DNA from: Neoechinorhynchus agilis
Lineage: Eukaryota > Animalia > Acanthocephala
Assembly (NCBI GenBank): GCA_051530055.1
Contig: CM121341.1
Span: forward strand, 2,656,151 to 2,720,150
DNA: 64,000 bases
Reading direction: 5' to 3'
Position 1 is the stretch's first letter. Every line of letters begins with the position of its first letter. Below, piece after piece: positions 21,824 through 33,186 of this stretch. Below the pieces are notes generated by a model. That model was not told the origin of the DNA. It searched no databases and worked only from the letters and a program-made list of their open reading frames with translations. The translations under genes were made by a program, and so were the position numbers.

Positions 21824-22440
21824 TTAGAAAAGGTTGCAAAATGCGGGATAGCCGTAGGTGAGGGATGTTAAAATAAAGCTGAAGTAAAATTTGGAGAGAT
21901 CTTCCGAAGGAATTCCTAAATGGCGAAGGCGTTTCAAAGGTAGATTTAATAGGTATTGCGCTTGAAGAAGAGTGAAATATGCGAGTCCTGTTATAGTGGG
22001 CATGATGTCGTCATGCCATCGATCGGGTGATAAACAGTAGTAACTGCATGCGCGTATATGTGTAGGTGGGTGTATTCGGTTTTGTGTAGAATATAAAACA
22101 TGTCCACTAGCGACTCGGTCACAAAAATGAACTTGACGACGCGCTAGAGAGCAGGAAGAATCCATATGCGAAACCTGAACATTGTAATGCTTTACCCGAA
22201 ATGAACTTCCTTCAGCGAGTGATCGATTGCGTACTGATGTTTTATATTTTCTTCAAAGAAATTCTTAAAATTGTTATAGTGGGCATGATGCCGTCATGCC
22301 ATCGATCGGGTGATAAACAGTAGTAACTGCATGCGCGTGTAGGTGTTGGGTTTTGTGTAGAATATAGAACATGTCTACTAGCGACTCGGTCACAAGTCCC
22401 ATTTCAGGTTTGATTTAAATTGGAGACCAAAAATTCTGAG
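21824..22440 (-). mobile_element. CR1/L2-like LINE C-terminal remnant, interrupted by a mini-LTR element
   Basis: With 21989-22394 and one TSD removed, the frame reads GLQFKSNLKWD-SHISL, then LKRLRHLGIPSEDLSKFYFSFILTSLTYGYPAF. Confidence 0.6.
21989..22394 (+). mobile_element. 406-bp non-coding two-LTR element (TRIM-like) with a 5-bp TSD
   Basis: LTR1 21989-22123 and LTR2 22272-22394, both TGTTATAG...GGTCACA; 148-bp internal region; AGTCC at 21984-21988 and 22395-22399. Confidence 0.82.
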
Positions 22441-22873
22441 GGATGTGACTTGTAGGATTGCATTTGGAATCTCAGGGAAGGATGTGGGATTGCGGGAGAT
22501 CATTTCGAAGAACTAAGAGAAATTCAGTTGCCGTTTGTGATTATGCAGAAATCTATGATGTGGATGATTTCGTTAGATATTAAGGAGAGTGACCAGCTGA
22601 AGTAACTACTAAGAAAGCTACGGTCGAACAAAATGTCGAATAAACATCTGAACGAGTAGAAACAAGAGCAAAGAGAGGAATACCATCAAAATCAATCAAC
22701 TCTCCCAACATTGCATTACAAGTGAAATGGAGGAAAATTCAAAGCCTAAAATGCCGGGTTTGCTGGGTCCTCTTCTTAAACAAAATAAATAAAATAAATA
22801 AAACGTGTTGTTGAGATCCCAAAGGGGAGCAAACTGGGAAAGACATAGAGTTCCGAAAAAAGGGAGACAACAA

Positions 22874-23290
22874 ATGGCCGATGACTTGGCAGACAAATAT
22901 CACTTTATATCGAAACTTTCAAATGGTTCAGTTGGAACGGTTTATTTATGCAGAAGTAAGCTAACAAGCGAGGACATGGCGATGAAGGCTGAGAAAGCGG
23001 ATAGGAGACATTCAAAACTCTTCCAGGAGTATAATATCCATAAACTACTTGGAGGTTAAGATAATGGTTTCCAGAGAGTCTATAGTTACGGTAGTCTGAA
23101 CCAAAACAATGCGATGACAATGAACTTGTTGGGAAAAGATCTCGAAACACTACATCTGTGAAACAAAATCAGCGTTCGGTGAATATTTTCAAAGCCCAGG
23201 GCCTTTTCTGGCTATGAAGGCGAAATATTAAAACCTTAACGTAAGAATCCGAAATGCTCGATAACTTTCAAGATCATTCACAAAAAGAGC
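22874..23290 (+). pseudogene. Casein kinase 1-like kinase N-lobe, disrupted
   Basis: KYHFISKLSNGSVGTVY...MAMKAE...HSKLFQEYNIHKLLGG*...NAMTMNLLGKDLETL follows CK1 subdomains I-V. In-frame stop; no catalytic loop visible. Confidence 0.75.
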
Positions 23291-23999
23291 ACAACGACAC
23301 CCTTTTCCAAAAATTACGAACAAACTTCGACGTCGATTCGATGCACAGAGTGTAAAAACGAAAGAAACGCGCATTTATCCGTTTAAGCGTCGGTCGTGTT
23401 ACGTCATTATTTTGAAGGTGTGACGTTTCAAATACCGTTGCTAAGGAGAAAGGCAAATGGCAATCGAAAAGCTTGAATTCACCAATATCTTAATAAGAAG
23501 TTAAAAACAGAAAGATCGTTTTCCTTCCCTTTTGTTATAAACTATCAAGGACGATAAATTGCGAATTTAATCCGTGAGATGTTGTGCTTGATAACCTCAA
23601 AGTATATTTTTTAAATATTTAATCTTGGCAGCAATTCTTTGAGTTCATCTCAAGCAATTTTAATATATAAATGGTGTTTAAATTATCAAAACTAAATTAC
23701 GAATTCACGTTCGTTGTGTCTAGAATTTCACCGAATACCAATATCGACGATCGCCAAAGTTTCGATATCGTATTCTGTTCTTTCCAAAATCCAATAGAAA
23801 CGGAAACCAAACACCACGTCCCATGGTAAATATCAGAAATCGATATAAAATATTAAGCTGAATCAACAAATGAAAATAAAATTTAATTTAAACGAGATCA
23901 CTCCTCGTGATAATTATCATTTCCCACGATTCTCGAATGGTCAAAAATGAGGAGCCCTACAAAAGCAATCATTTGCCCGTATTGTGTACAAAATCACTG

Positions 24000-24650
24000 C
24001 ATCGCGAATTGAATCGATCCCGCGGTGCACCGATTTGGCCTGAACAATTCGTCGGCTGCTTGTGCAAGTTTACGGGGATCCGTAATCTTGGAGTGAACAA
24101 GTACCGAGCGCATATCCTCAGGTAGCCGCTCCATGAACACCTGCATGAACAAGAAGCAGGGGGGTGTTTCCCGAGGTATCCTAACATTTTGTCCATGAGT
24201 TCTGATGGTTAAGCGTCCCCTAGTTCCTCCATGTGTAGAATCCGGCTGGCACGCTCGTATTCCGACAAGGAAAATGTATCGAGTAAGCGGTCTTTGAGTG
24301 CGTCGTACTTCTTTTGTTGCGGCAGAGTCTCCAGGAGATCTATTACTCGTCCGGCAGTATTTTGATCCAGAGCTGCGAGGACGTAATAGAACTCGGTGTC
24401 GTCTGCCGTAATGCTCCTCAGTGCAAATTGAGCCTCAGCTTGTACGAACCACACTCGGGATTGTTCGATCCAAAAAGGTGGCAATTTCATGCTTACCGCT
24501 TGAATCGATGCCTGACTGTCCATATCTTGTTGCTTCGCTAACAAGTGTCGGGGTCACCAATGTAGTTCAACACAAAAACCAATGCGCTCTATCGATTGTT
24601 GGACCTCTGACGTACTCGCCACACGGGTTCTAATTATTGTTTTCTATGAA
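24000..24650 (-). mobile_element. Ty3/Gypsy 5' remnant (LTR end, PBS, gag N-terminus)
   Basis: ...ACTACA followed by TTGGTGACCCCG; gag VSMKLPPFWIEQSRVWFVQAEAQFALRSIT...YDALKDRLL. Confidence 0.8.
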
Positions 24651-24860
24651 GAACCAATTAAAAAAGGTCCCTATGCGGTCTATTCAATACGGACAATGAA
24701 ATGAATTCTCGCTTACCCGAGCCACTCAATACAAAACAACAAAAACATTTTGAGATAACCGATGAGGCGAAGCTTCTTCGTGAAATATTTCAATCTAATA
24801 AAATACGGTTTATCCGAGATTTTCATCACCACAATTCAAACAACGAAATTAATATTTATT

Positions 24861-25629
24861 TCACAGAGAATTGTCGTCGGGGTGAATTTGATTCGAGTTT
24901 GTTGACGTATTTCCCCCGGATTATTGTTGATCATTTATTTTAAAATATTTTTTGTAAGCTTTTTGCTTACCTCTTCAGTTATATCTACAAATTAAGCTAA
25001 AGTCAAAATTGGACTCTAGACGTGGATCCGCGGGTTCGCCAAGCGCCGTACCAACTGCGGTGATCTAACGTTTTGGTTTTGTCAAGAATTTTCGAAAGTA
25101 CTAACGTATGATTCGCTTTGTTGCCCTCAATGGTTACATTCCCTGTGATGTATATTGCCTCCATTACCAATCTCCTCCGTAAATTAGCCTCAGGCTGTAT
25201 TATTGATACCCGTGTCCGATGTCCACACGGTGTTTTTCCTTCTCCTGATGATTGGAGATCGCTAAGGAACCATCAAACCTCCTGCACGCTTGTTAGTGTT
25301 GTGCTATTCTTTTGGACAATCCTTGTATCGTTTGTCCCTCATAGATACGATCACATTCCATGCATGTGATTTTATATACCCCCCTTGTGCATTCTCTACT
25401 GTTCTTCTTCTTGAGCAATCCCGCGATAGATGGGCCTTTCTTGTGCGATATTCTTAGGTTCGGATACGGCGCTTGGCGAACCCGCGGATCCACGCCTATA
25501 GTCCAATTTTGACTGTAGCTTAATTTGTAGATATAACTGAAGAGGTAAGAAAAAAGCTTACGAAATATTTTAAAGTAAATGATCAACACCAACAACAATT
25601 CAGGGGGATAACATCACCAAACTCGAATG
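24861..25629 (-). mobile_element. 5'-truncated PLE with inverted HHR-bearing ends and a 10-bp TSD
   Basis: Arms 24891-25052 and 25464-25628 are inverted. The core encodes GVYKITCMECDRIYEGQT (GIY-YIG). HHR CTGAAGA-g-GTAAG..CTTAC-GAAA-TA-TT at 25537-25569. AATATTTATT at 24851-24860 and 25630-25639. Confidence 0.78.
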
Positions 25630-26139
25630 AATATTTATTATTCGCAACCGAGACAATAAAGCAATTAATACCGCTTGCCTTTAAATCAACGATTCATCTC
25701 AGATAAACATAAGCATTTTTGAGACAATTTCGAATATATTAAGCAAAATATATCTCTTAAAGAATTTAATGCTAATTTCGAAACTTTTAGTATATTTCAG
25801 AATAAACTAAATATCCAATAAGAAAAGTTCGATTTTTATCAAATTTTATTCGCCTTCTTCCTGTTAAAAATGCTCAATGATTCATTTGTCTAGCAGTCTC
25901 GAAGTTCTTAAATTATTTTTAGCAGTATAACTCGGAAACTATAGGTCTCTTGTTAAAAGTAACGCATATTCAATTAAATTGTTTATTTAATTATGTGGAA
26001 TCAAGTTCCTCAAAAAGTTTATGTTATAGAGTGATCGATCGTGAAGCGATGTAAGGGGGCGGCGTCATGTGTGAGCAAAGTGGCACAGGGCCAATTCGGA
26101 CAAGACTAACACACTTTCAACGAACAGAGCTGCCCATCA

Positions 26140-26460
26140 AAAAATGAAGCGTGTTGCTTCAACGTCCTTTCACATATCGTATGGAATAATCACATTCAAA
26201 TAGATTCATTGCCCAAAGCATCGATCTTCCATTCTTCGATTTATTAAAGTCTCTTTTTACCCCGAATATTTGTTTCACGTTTGGTGATATGTTTCAAAAG
26301 TGTAAGTATTTATGGAAACGTTTGATTGCATGCACTATTACCAATATTGCCTTATCGACGGTCAAATATCTCGTCTCAGTAGGGTTTAGTTTTCTTGAAA
26401 TCAGCATAATTAGTTTCGCAGTTCCTGATATTGTATGGTAATATCATTGGTTTACTTGGG
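26140..26460 (-). mobile_element. Decayed Gypsy RNase H fragment
   Basis: ISRKLNPTETRYLTVDKAILVIVHAIKRFHKYL parallels ASRTL..AE.NYS..EKEALA...VKRFH.YL. Confidence 0.6.
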
Positions 26461-26564
26461 TCGTAAAGTTTCAAGTAAATATGATTTACAATTACTTCGT
26501 TTACGCATTCGAGTGCTTTTATCTGATAGGAATTATTGTTTGGGTCTACACCCGGTAAATGATT

Positions 26565-27110
26565 ATTAAGACATTTCGAACCTCGTCGGGTTCATCATCA
26601 GTTTGTTAGTTGGTGTAGACCTAAACAATACGATAGTTTCCTCATATCGATAGACCTTTGATTTTGATCAATTCGTGCAATGGAATGCAGGCTGTCTGGA
26701 AATTTCGTACGAATCGATCACAGAAGTTCGCCATTTCAAGAAATGTTCACACCTCTTTCTTGTTATGCGGTTCCATGGCTTTCTGCAAATAATTTACCTT
26801 TTCTTCATTGCAAATCAACTAGTGTTCCACGAGGTATTCATTTACCAGCATGTGTCCAAAATAATGACCGATGGCTACATAAACTGGTACTCTTCGGACG
26901 TTTACTGCGGTCTTCGGGTGCTTTGTAAGAACGCTGTCTAAATTCCTGGTGTGCTATTCGTCGTCTATATCCGTAATTAATATAGCATCTAGATATGAAC
27001 TTGTTGGGTGTATGCAATTCTATAATCAGTCTATGAATTTCTGAAATATTTTCGGCACTGATGAAATCCCGAAATGAAGTCTTGTTGCGATTGACGGTGA
27101 GATCCAAAAC
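26565..27110 (-). mobile_element. PLE remnant ending in a hammerhead motif
   Basis: Minus strand CTGATGA-t-GAAC ccgacgag GTTC-GAAA-TG-TC at 26570-26612; upstream LGVLDLTVNRN-like RT C-terminal peptide. Confidence 0.6.
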
Positions 27111-27693
27111 TCCTAGTTTTGATATTCAAACACGGAATTCGGTAATTGTCCGCTGATAGGAATTTCGCCAATGCAACTTTTAAATAACATCAAAATCACA
27201 CTTTTCCATTTGAATTTTCAACGACGAAAATCGGCGTTTTTCATTCTAATCTTTCACTGATTAATTCCTCCTTTTTCACGAAAACATAATCGTGGCTTTG
27301 TAATTACCGGTTTATCCTTTCTCGCTTCCACCTTCCTCCTTGATAGTATTTGCGGGTAATCTCTAAAGTGCTGGTGTCTCCATTAACAGTGAAGTTACAG
27401 CAGAAATCGTATAGAAAGGTAAAGGACCATAAAATTAAACGAATATGTGAGTAAGCGATCCCAAACCGCGATTAGAGCTCAGCTGAAACATCGCGTTTAA
27501 GTCGTGTGTTCATTAGAGCAGAGGATACTGTATCAAAACCAATTAATATTCAAGAAATAAGTGCTTTACCCGGAATTTTAGGATGTGTTAAGAAAGTACT
27601 CCAGTCCTTAAGTCCCAGTTTTAATTGCAAATGTGGTGATCTCGTTTTATCCCTTACCCATTCGCTCTAACAGGTCACTACATCAGTCTACTT

Positions 27694-28810
27694 GTTGAAA
27701 AGATAATTCATTGTTATTTGTTGATAGGAGAGATAAATGAAATTAAGATTTTATTGGATATTTCGATCCACTATCTCGGATCTTCTTCAGCGATCTAAAA
27801 CATAGGGATTCTCAATTCACGCGTCACATAACATCCGGTGGGAGTCGCATCCTTAATTTGAAATCAGGTTTATTGCCCTCGAACGTTTCGAACATATTTA
27901 TAAGGATTCGATGATAATACGTTCGAAACGCCGACCATTGCAAACTAGTGTTGTAGCAGCACTAAAATCAACAGTGTACCCTGTGTTTTTTGCACGGGCC
28001 ACCACTGCGGAACTAATATCCGTGTTGCGAACAAATCCGTCGGGTGAAATTGTTGATCTGTCCCACATAAACCTGTTCGCAACCGGAGCACGGAATTTTG
28101 TAGACCGCACCAGATGACTGTTGGCCATTCTTGGGACATCAATCAGTGTAGATTGCGTCCCACTCTCTTGGCCTCACATCCTGATTTTATGATGCGCTCC
28201 ATAGCAAGATAAAAATGATCATCAGGGAATGGCAGTTCAACGTAGATCTCTTCCTTTTTTGACTTTGTCTCCCCATTGAAGGTTCGACAAGATGGAGAGG
28301 ATAACCATATCGACCTGATATGTACTTTAGGTAACCAATCTCCTCGTTACACAAGTCTCTGAAGGGTCGATCAACAGGAACGTGTCGTCCACATATCTGA
28401 ACCAGATATTCACCCCCTGTATCGACGACAAATGTTCGTCATCCCAGTGAAGCACAGGGGCTAACGGGCTGCCCATGGCTACTCCATCTTTCTGGTCATA
28501 GTCGATGCCGTTGAACTGGAAGTTGCAGAATCTGGTGCAAAACTGCAATAGCTTTCGCCAGTCGCTATTAGTTAAATTCCATTCAGTGTTCGTAGACAGG
28601 AGAGGAACTGCGAGATCTATTGCCACATCGACGGGAATTTTGGTGAAGAGGGAGATCACATCTGCCGACAGCGCGACTCCAACCGGATGTTATGTGACGC
28701 GTGAATTGAGAATCCCTGTGTATGTGTTTTAGATCGCTGAAGAAGATCCGAGATAGTGGATCGAAATATCCAATAAAATCTTAATTTCATTTATCTCTCC
28801 TATCAAAAAA
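27694..28810 (-). mobile_element. 5'-truncated PLE with inverted HHR-bearing ends and a 12-bp TSD
   Basis: RT piece FTKIPVD...GVAMGSPLAP...RYVDD (28327-28659) and GIY-YIG tail (27898-28128). Inverted arms 27721-27848 and 28674-28806 each carry CTGAAGA-a-GATCC..GGATC-GAAA-TA-TC. ATCAGTCTACTT at 27682-27693 and 28811-28822. Confidence 0.87.
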
Positions 28811-29098
28811 ATCAGTCTACTTTGAAACTTTATCCAGCTTTTAGATGGAATTCGTATGGATGAGGTCGCCTAAGCCGAACGTCGGCTTCTTTGGTAACTC
28901 CTGATCTGGTCTGCGGAGGGAAAACCCCTGGCTTTCAGATGCCTAACAAAGAAGCTTCCTTTAATGAAAAGACCAACTCCAGCCTTTTATAATGCTGCAA
29001 CGATGGCTCAGACAACTCTGAAACTATAAAAGTACCAGCAACCTGACAATGTACTCTGGCGTCCATCAAAGTTGCAAGGAGCGCTCCCGAAGATTAAT

Positions 29099-30022
29099 TG
29101 GACTACATCGAGGCGTAAACTTTTTGAGATTTATACAACGAAGTTGAAGAGTCAAAATCTATAAAGTTTGCACCAAAAAATGACGATCGACGTTAATAAA
29201 TTATAAGCGCGTTTCTTTCGTTTTTTCATGGTTTTTCGCTTTCAGCGTCGAAACGACGGCGCACGTTGTTTCGGAATTTTGGAGATGCGTCTTCGTGCTC
29301 TTCTCGTGAATGATTTCAAACGAGCTCGGGCGAATCGATTTCTCAAGCTAAGGATGTAAGTAAATTCCTAAAAGTTCAATTGGATTTTCACTAACGTTTT
29401 GACGATTCTCCTTAACTGAGCGGATATTAACGCTTAATATTTTTAATTTTATAATTTTTCAGAATTACGATACTTTATGAACGAGAAGTCCTTTTGACAT
29501 TGCAATCGTGGACCATTTGGACTTTGGCTTATAATAGCAGACTTTTTCTTGTTGTAATGAATCTCAACTGTAATTTCGGTTACTATCGCAGCGCTTAGTT
29601 GCTCCAAATTTTAATCCTAAATCAACCTTAAGTTACACATTAAACCTTGGATCAAGTGTTGATAGCCAAACTTCAGCACCCGCCGATCCAAGTTGATTCA
29701 ACTGCCGGCGATTTATAAATCCCGCACCTCGAAGACCGGAAAATAATCGTTGCTCATCGCTAAGATACTGATCAAGGCGGGACATTCAAACGTAACTGAA
29801 TTCCCTTGAAGGCTTTCCAATGCAACAGCAGTATCTTTCAATATTCCCCATGGTATCAACAAACTTTGCAGCGTTCGTCTTTATTATACAGACCAATTGA
29901 AACTGGTCCCTTATTTGCGGGAACTTGAAACCCCAAATGTGCCCAAAATGTTAAATCCAAGAAATTTAACATCCATTTCCCTTAATTAAATCCATTTTAG
30001 CATTCAAGGATTTCCTTCCTTG
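29099..30022. repeat. Direct duplication, copy 1 (copy 2 at 53835-54912; diverged partial copy at 47620-48240)
   Basis: About 98% identical to copy 2 over the first ~830 bp. Copy 1 lacks ~160 bp present at 54668-54825. Confidence 0.92.
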
Positions 30023-31400
30023 TTATTGAATTTTTCTTCCAACTGCCATTTTTTCTAAACACAACGCGAAGAGGAACGGAGATAAGGGGTCGCCCTGCTT
30101 TACACCACGCCCGAATTTCATTGGTAGCTGGATTGTGGTATAACCCTCTTTAAGTGAATTTCTTACAATACGATGGAGGTAAGCCGGACAACATTTTGAA
30201 GCCAGGGCCTTACTTACGGCGCTGTGCGCTACCGAGTCAAATGCTGCTCTAATGTAGAGTACTGCAATTGCCAATGGCTTACGCTGGATTCTTTTCGTCC
30301 TGACTATTGCTCTAAGGGTCATAATGTTAGCTTGGCACGCGGAGCGGCTGAACGCCGTCTGACCCTCATCTAGAGGGCAGGCGCTCCTCAACCTTCCAAG
30401 TAACACACGGCTAAGAATCCTAGATAGGACTGACGAGACACTGATAGGTCGCCAATTACGAATATCCTTTTAGCCCAAGCTCACTCTTGCCATTCTTTTG
30501 TAGAAGAATAGTCTTCGATCCACTCCATTGAGTCGGCAGTCGACCTACCTGAATACAGGCGTTTAGAAGGATGCAGAGAAATATCATTTTTGGATCGAAA
30601 GCTCTAAGTTCTCTGATAGTTACCCGATCGGAACCCGACGCGGTTCCTGCTTTCATCGTGTTGACACACTTCTCAATCTCCTCGACGCTTACGGCGTTCC
30701 ACAGAACATTTTTGCAGTCGTGCACGTCCGCAGCTTCATGCTCGTCTGGTTTCTCAAAAAGACCCCTAAAATAACTCTCCAGTTCCACTCTAGGGATATT
30801 ACACGAGGCGTTGTTAGTACCATTCAATAGCTCCGATGCTAAACGGGAGGTGTTAGCAAAGTAGAGAGCGCGATTTCGATTAGCCTTCAACTTATTGCTT
30901 TGAAACCGGTTCAGCCCCCTCATTCTAGTACAAGGGTAGATCCCGGAGCTGTCTAACCACAAATTTCGGGATTGTCGGGAGCAGACTCTTGACCTTATTC
31001 TATACTTACTTTCCCCATTATACGCTGACACATTTTTAGCTCTGCATTGACGAAAATGTGTACCAACGCTTCCCGGAGTAGTATGCCGAAAACTATTGCA
31101 AGTTTGACAGACCCATGAAACCGGACACCGTGAATGACTGTCGCGCATATGGTCAAGAAATACCCAGTGCTTCGTCCTGCCTACAGCTATAAATAAGCAT
31201 AGTGGACAAGAAAGGGGCATGTCCGCCGCTAACGGATACGGCACATCTACCTGTAGAAAATTATCACCTGCGGAAGAACGTTCGACCATAAGAGGTTCAC
31301 TCATAAAAGGAAACCGAATTGCAACTGAATAACCTTTTTGCGATAAAAGGTACTAACACGCGTAAAATAGCACTTTACAGCAACTGCAAAGTTCCAAAAA
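29650..31400 (-). mobile_element. R2-like (REL-type) non-LTR retrotransposon, internally deleted and inactive
   Basis: N-terminal CPLC...HMRDSH (C2H2) and CQTC...H..QC (CCHC); pre-RT YFANTSRLASELLNG; RT RPISVSSV, YIRAAFDSV (catalytic D replaced by Y), GVKQGDPLSPFLF; the YADD region is missing. Confidence 0.8.
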
Positions 31401-31549
31401 ATTAAAAAGTTAAAAAACTTTTTCTTTGACGTAACCTAAAATTCGGCAGACGCCGGCAAAAAACTGCATCCTGATAAAAGATGGAGCAAATCTCACCGGG
31501 AGTTTAAAAAACGTGTTCAGAGGTATCAAAAACCTCAATGAGCGACTTT

Positions 31550-31800
31550 TTCAATGATAATGTTTTTCCCGTACAACACCTTCGCTATCCAATTTCGAAC
31601 GGCTTTCCAACGTCACTAGTGAACTCTTCACTGATATATGATAACCTGAGTATCGGTTAACTACTTCCAGCAAATCTGCTCGGTGAACTGTGTTTTTGAG
31701 TTTCCGGTGATGAGCGTGCGGAGTGAATGAACAATCGCCTCTGCGCCGCAATTGAGTTATTTTTCGACGCATCTTTGTGTGCCTTCGCGAAAAAGTAAGG
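31550..31800 (-). mobile_element. CRE RT remnant abutting the 28S breakpoint
   Basis: CGAEAIVHSLRTLITGNS matches 146-200; 31550-31660 is also repeated at 54945-55050. Confidence 0.5.
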
Positions 31801-31804
31801 TGGG

Positions 31805-32155
31805 AACTTTCCCTCACGGTACTTCTTCGCTATCGGCACCGCCGCCATATTTAGTTTTGTATGGAGTTTACCACACATATTTGAATTGCAATCTCAAACA
31901 CTTCGACTCACAAATCAGTTCTAGGGAACAGTAGTCAAGGCGTAGCAAATACGGGACTATCACCCTCTTCGGCCAAAGCCGTATTCAACCTGGACTTATT
32001 ACCACGCAACTGAACCCACAAACTGATCGTATCAGCATCTGTCGATAAGTCACATCCATAGAATTAGTTCAAACACCGCCGCCACGAACCTGCTGGTTTT
32101 TCCGCGACAAGACAGGAAGTTTTGCCTTCAGCGGATTCTCCCATCCGAACTGAGA
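31805..32155 (-). rRNA. 28S rRNA, 5' ~350 nt only (truncated, probable internal deletion)
   Basis: ccgctgaa; gagggtgatagtcccgt; ggtaaactccatacaaaactaaatat; gatagcgaagaagtaccgtgagggaaagtt, then homology stops. Confidence 0.85.
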
Positions 32156-32505
32156 ACGTGACTTTCATGCCAATTCTGCCAATAAAAGTATGATGCAACA
32201 ACGTGTACTCTCCTCATCTTACACAACTCATCATCATCTACTCGAAAGTAGAACGCACGATCAATATTTAACCGACTCAAATACCTTCACAATTATTGAA
32301 CCCTTTCACCGTCAACAGTATTGATTCACGTGTTGCATAACTATATTAGCAGTGGCATCTCTGCAATAATTTTTCTCGTTTACCTTATCTTAGTTTCCTG
32401 CGCGTCACCCAGAGGCAAACGCAGTAACCGTAAAGTCAATGGCAACGATCAGAAGATCAATTTCGCCATATTCATCACACTTCATTAAGCCTGAAAATAC
32501 CAGAA

Positions 32506-32664
32506 ACGTTACTCAGTCGGATGTGGCTGCGAATATTGTATTCACAGTCGCCATTTGCGTTCGAACATTTTCCGTTCCAGGAGATCTGCATTTCGCGGAA
32601 CTTATCGCACTTTGCGGCGTTCTTCATCGAACGACGGTCCAAGTGATCCACCGCACACTGAGTG
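32506..32664 (-). rRNA. 5.8S rRNA
   Basis: Minus strand gcggtggatcacttgg...tcgatgaagaacgccgc...ttcgaacgca; lies between 18S and 28S. Confidence 0.92.
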
Positions 32665-32999
32665 TATTTATATATATTAACATCATGCCTTCGAACGTGC
32701 GCATCTTGTGCACACGTACGCGACCACACCATCATGACCTTGAAGGCAAAGACGGCGATGATGATGACCACCACATCAACTGTTCATGTCACGTCAGATC
32801 CCACTACGTGACATAGTCAGAACAGACATTGCAACGCCGTATTCATCCATGTTGTTGTGTCGCGACATAGCCACCAATGTTCTTTCAATTTAATCAAGAG
32901 TTCACGATACCGACACCACCACCACGCTCCTCTTCTAAAGAAACGTGGCACGCGTGTTATGTGTGTGGCAACACTTTTGAAGGTGCTACCTATCTCTCT

Positions 33000-33000
33000 G

Positions 33001-33056
<56 letters not shown>

Positions 33057-33142
33057 AATGGTTAAGTTCGGTAAACTTTTAGATTTCGCAGTGGCACTTG
33101 TGGCACCATGCAATCTATCCGAAAACCTCACTAAACCATTCG

Positions 33143-33186
<44 letters not shown>

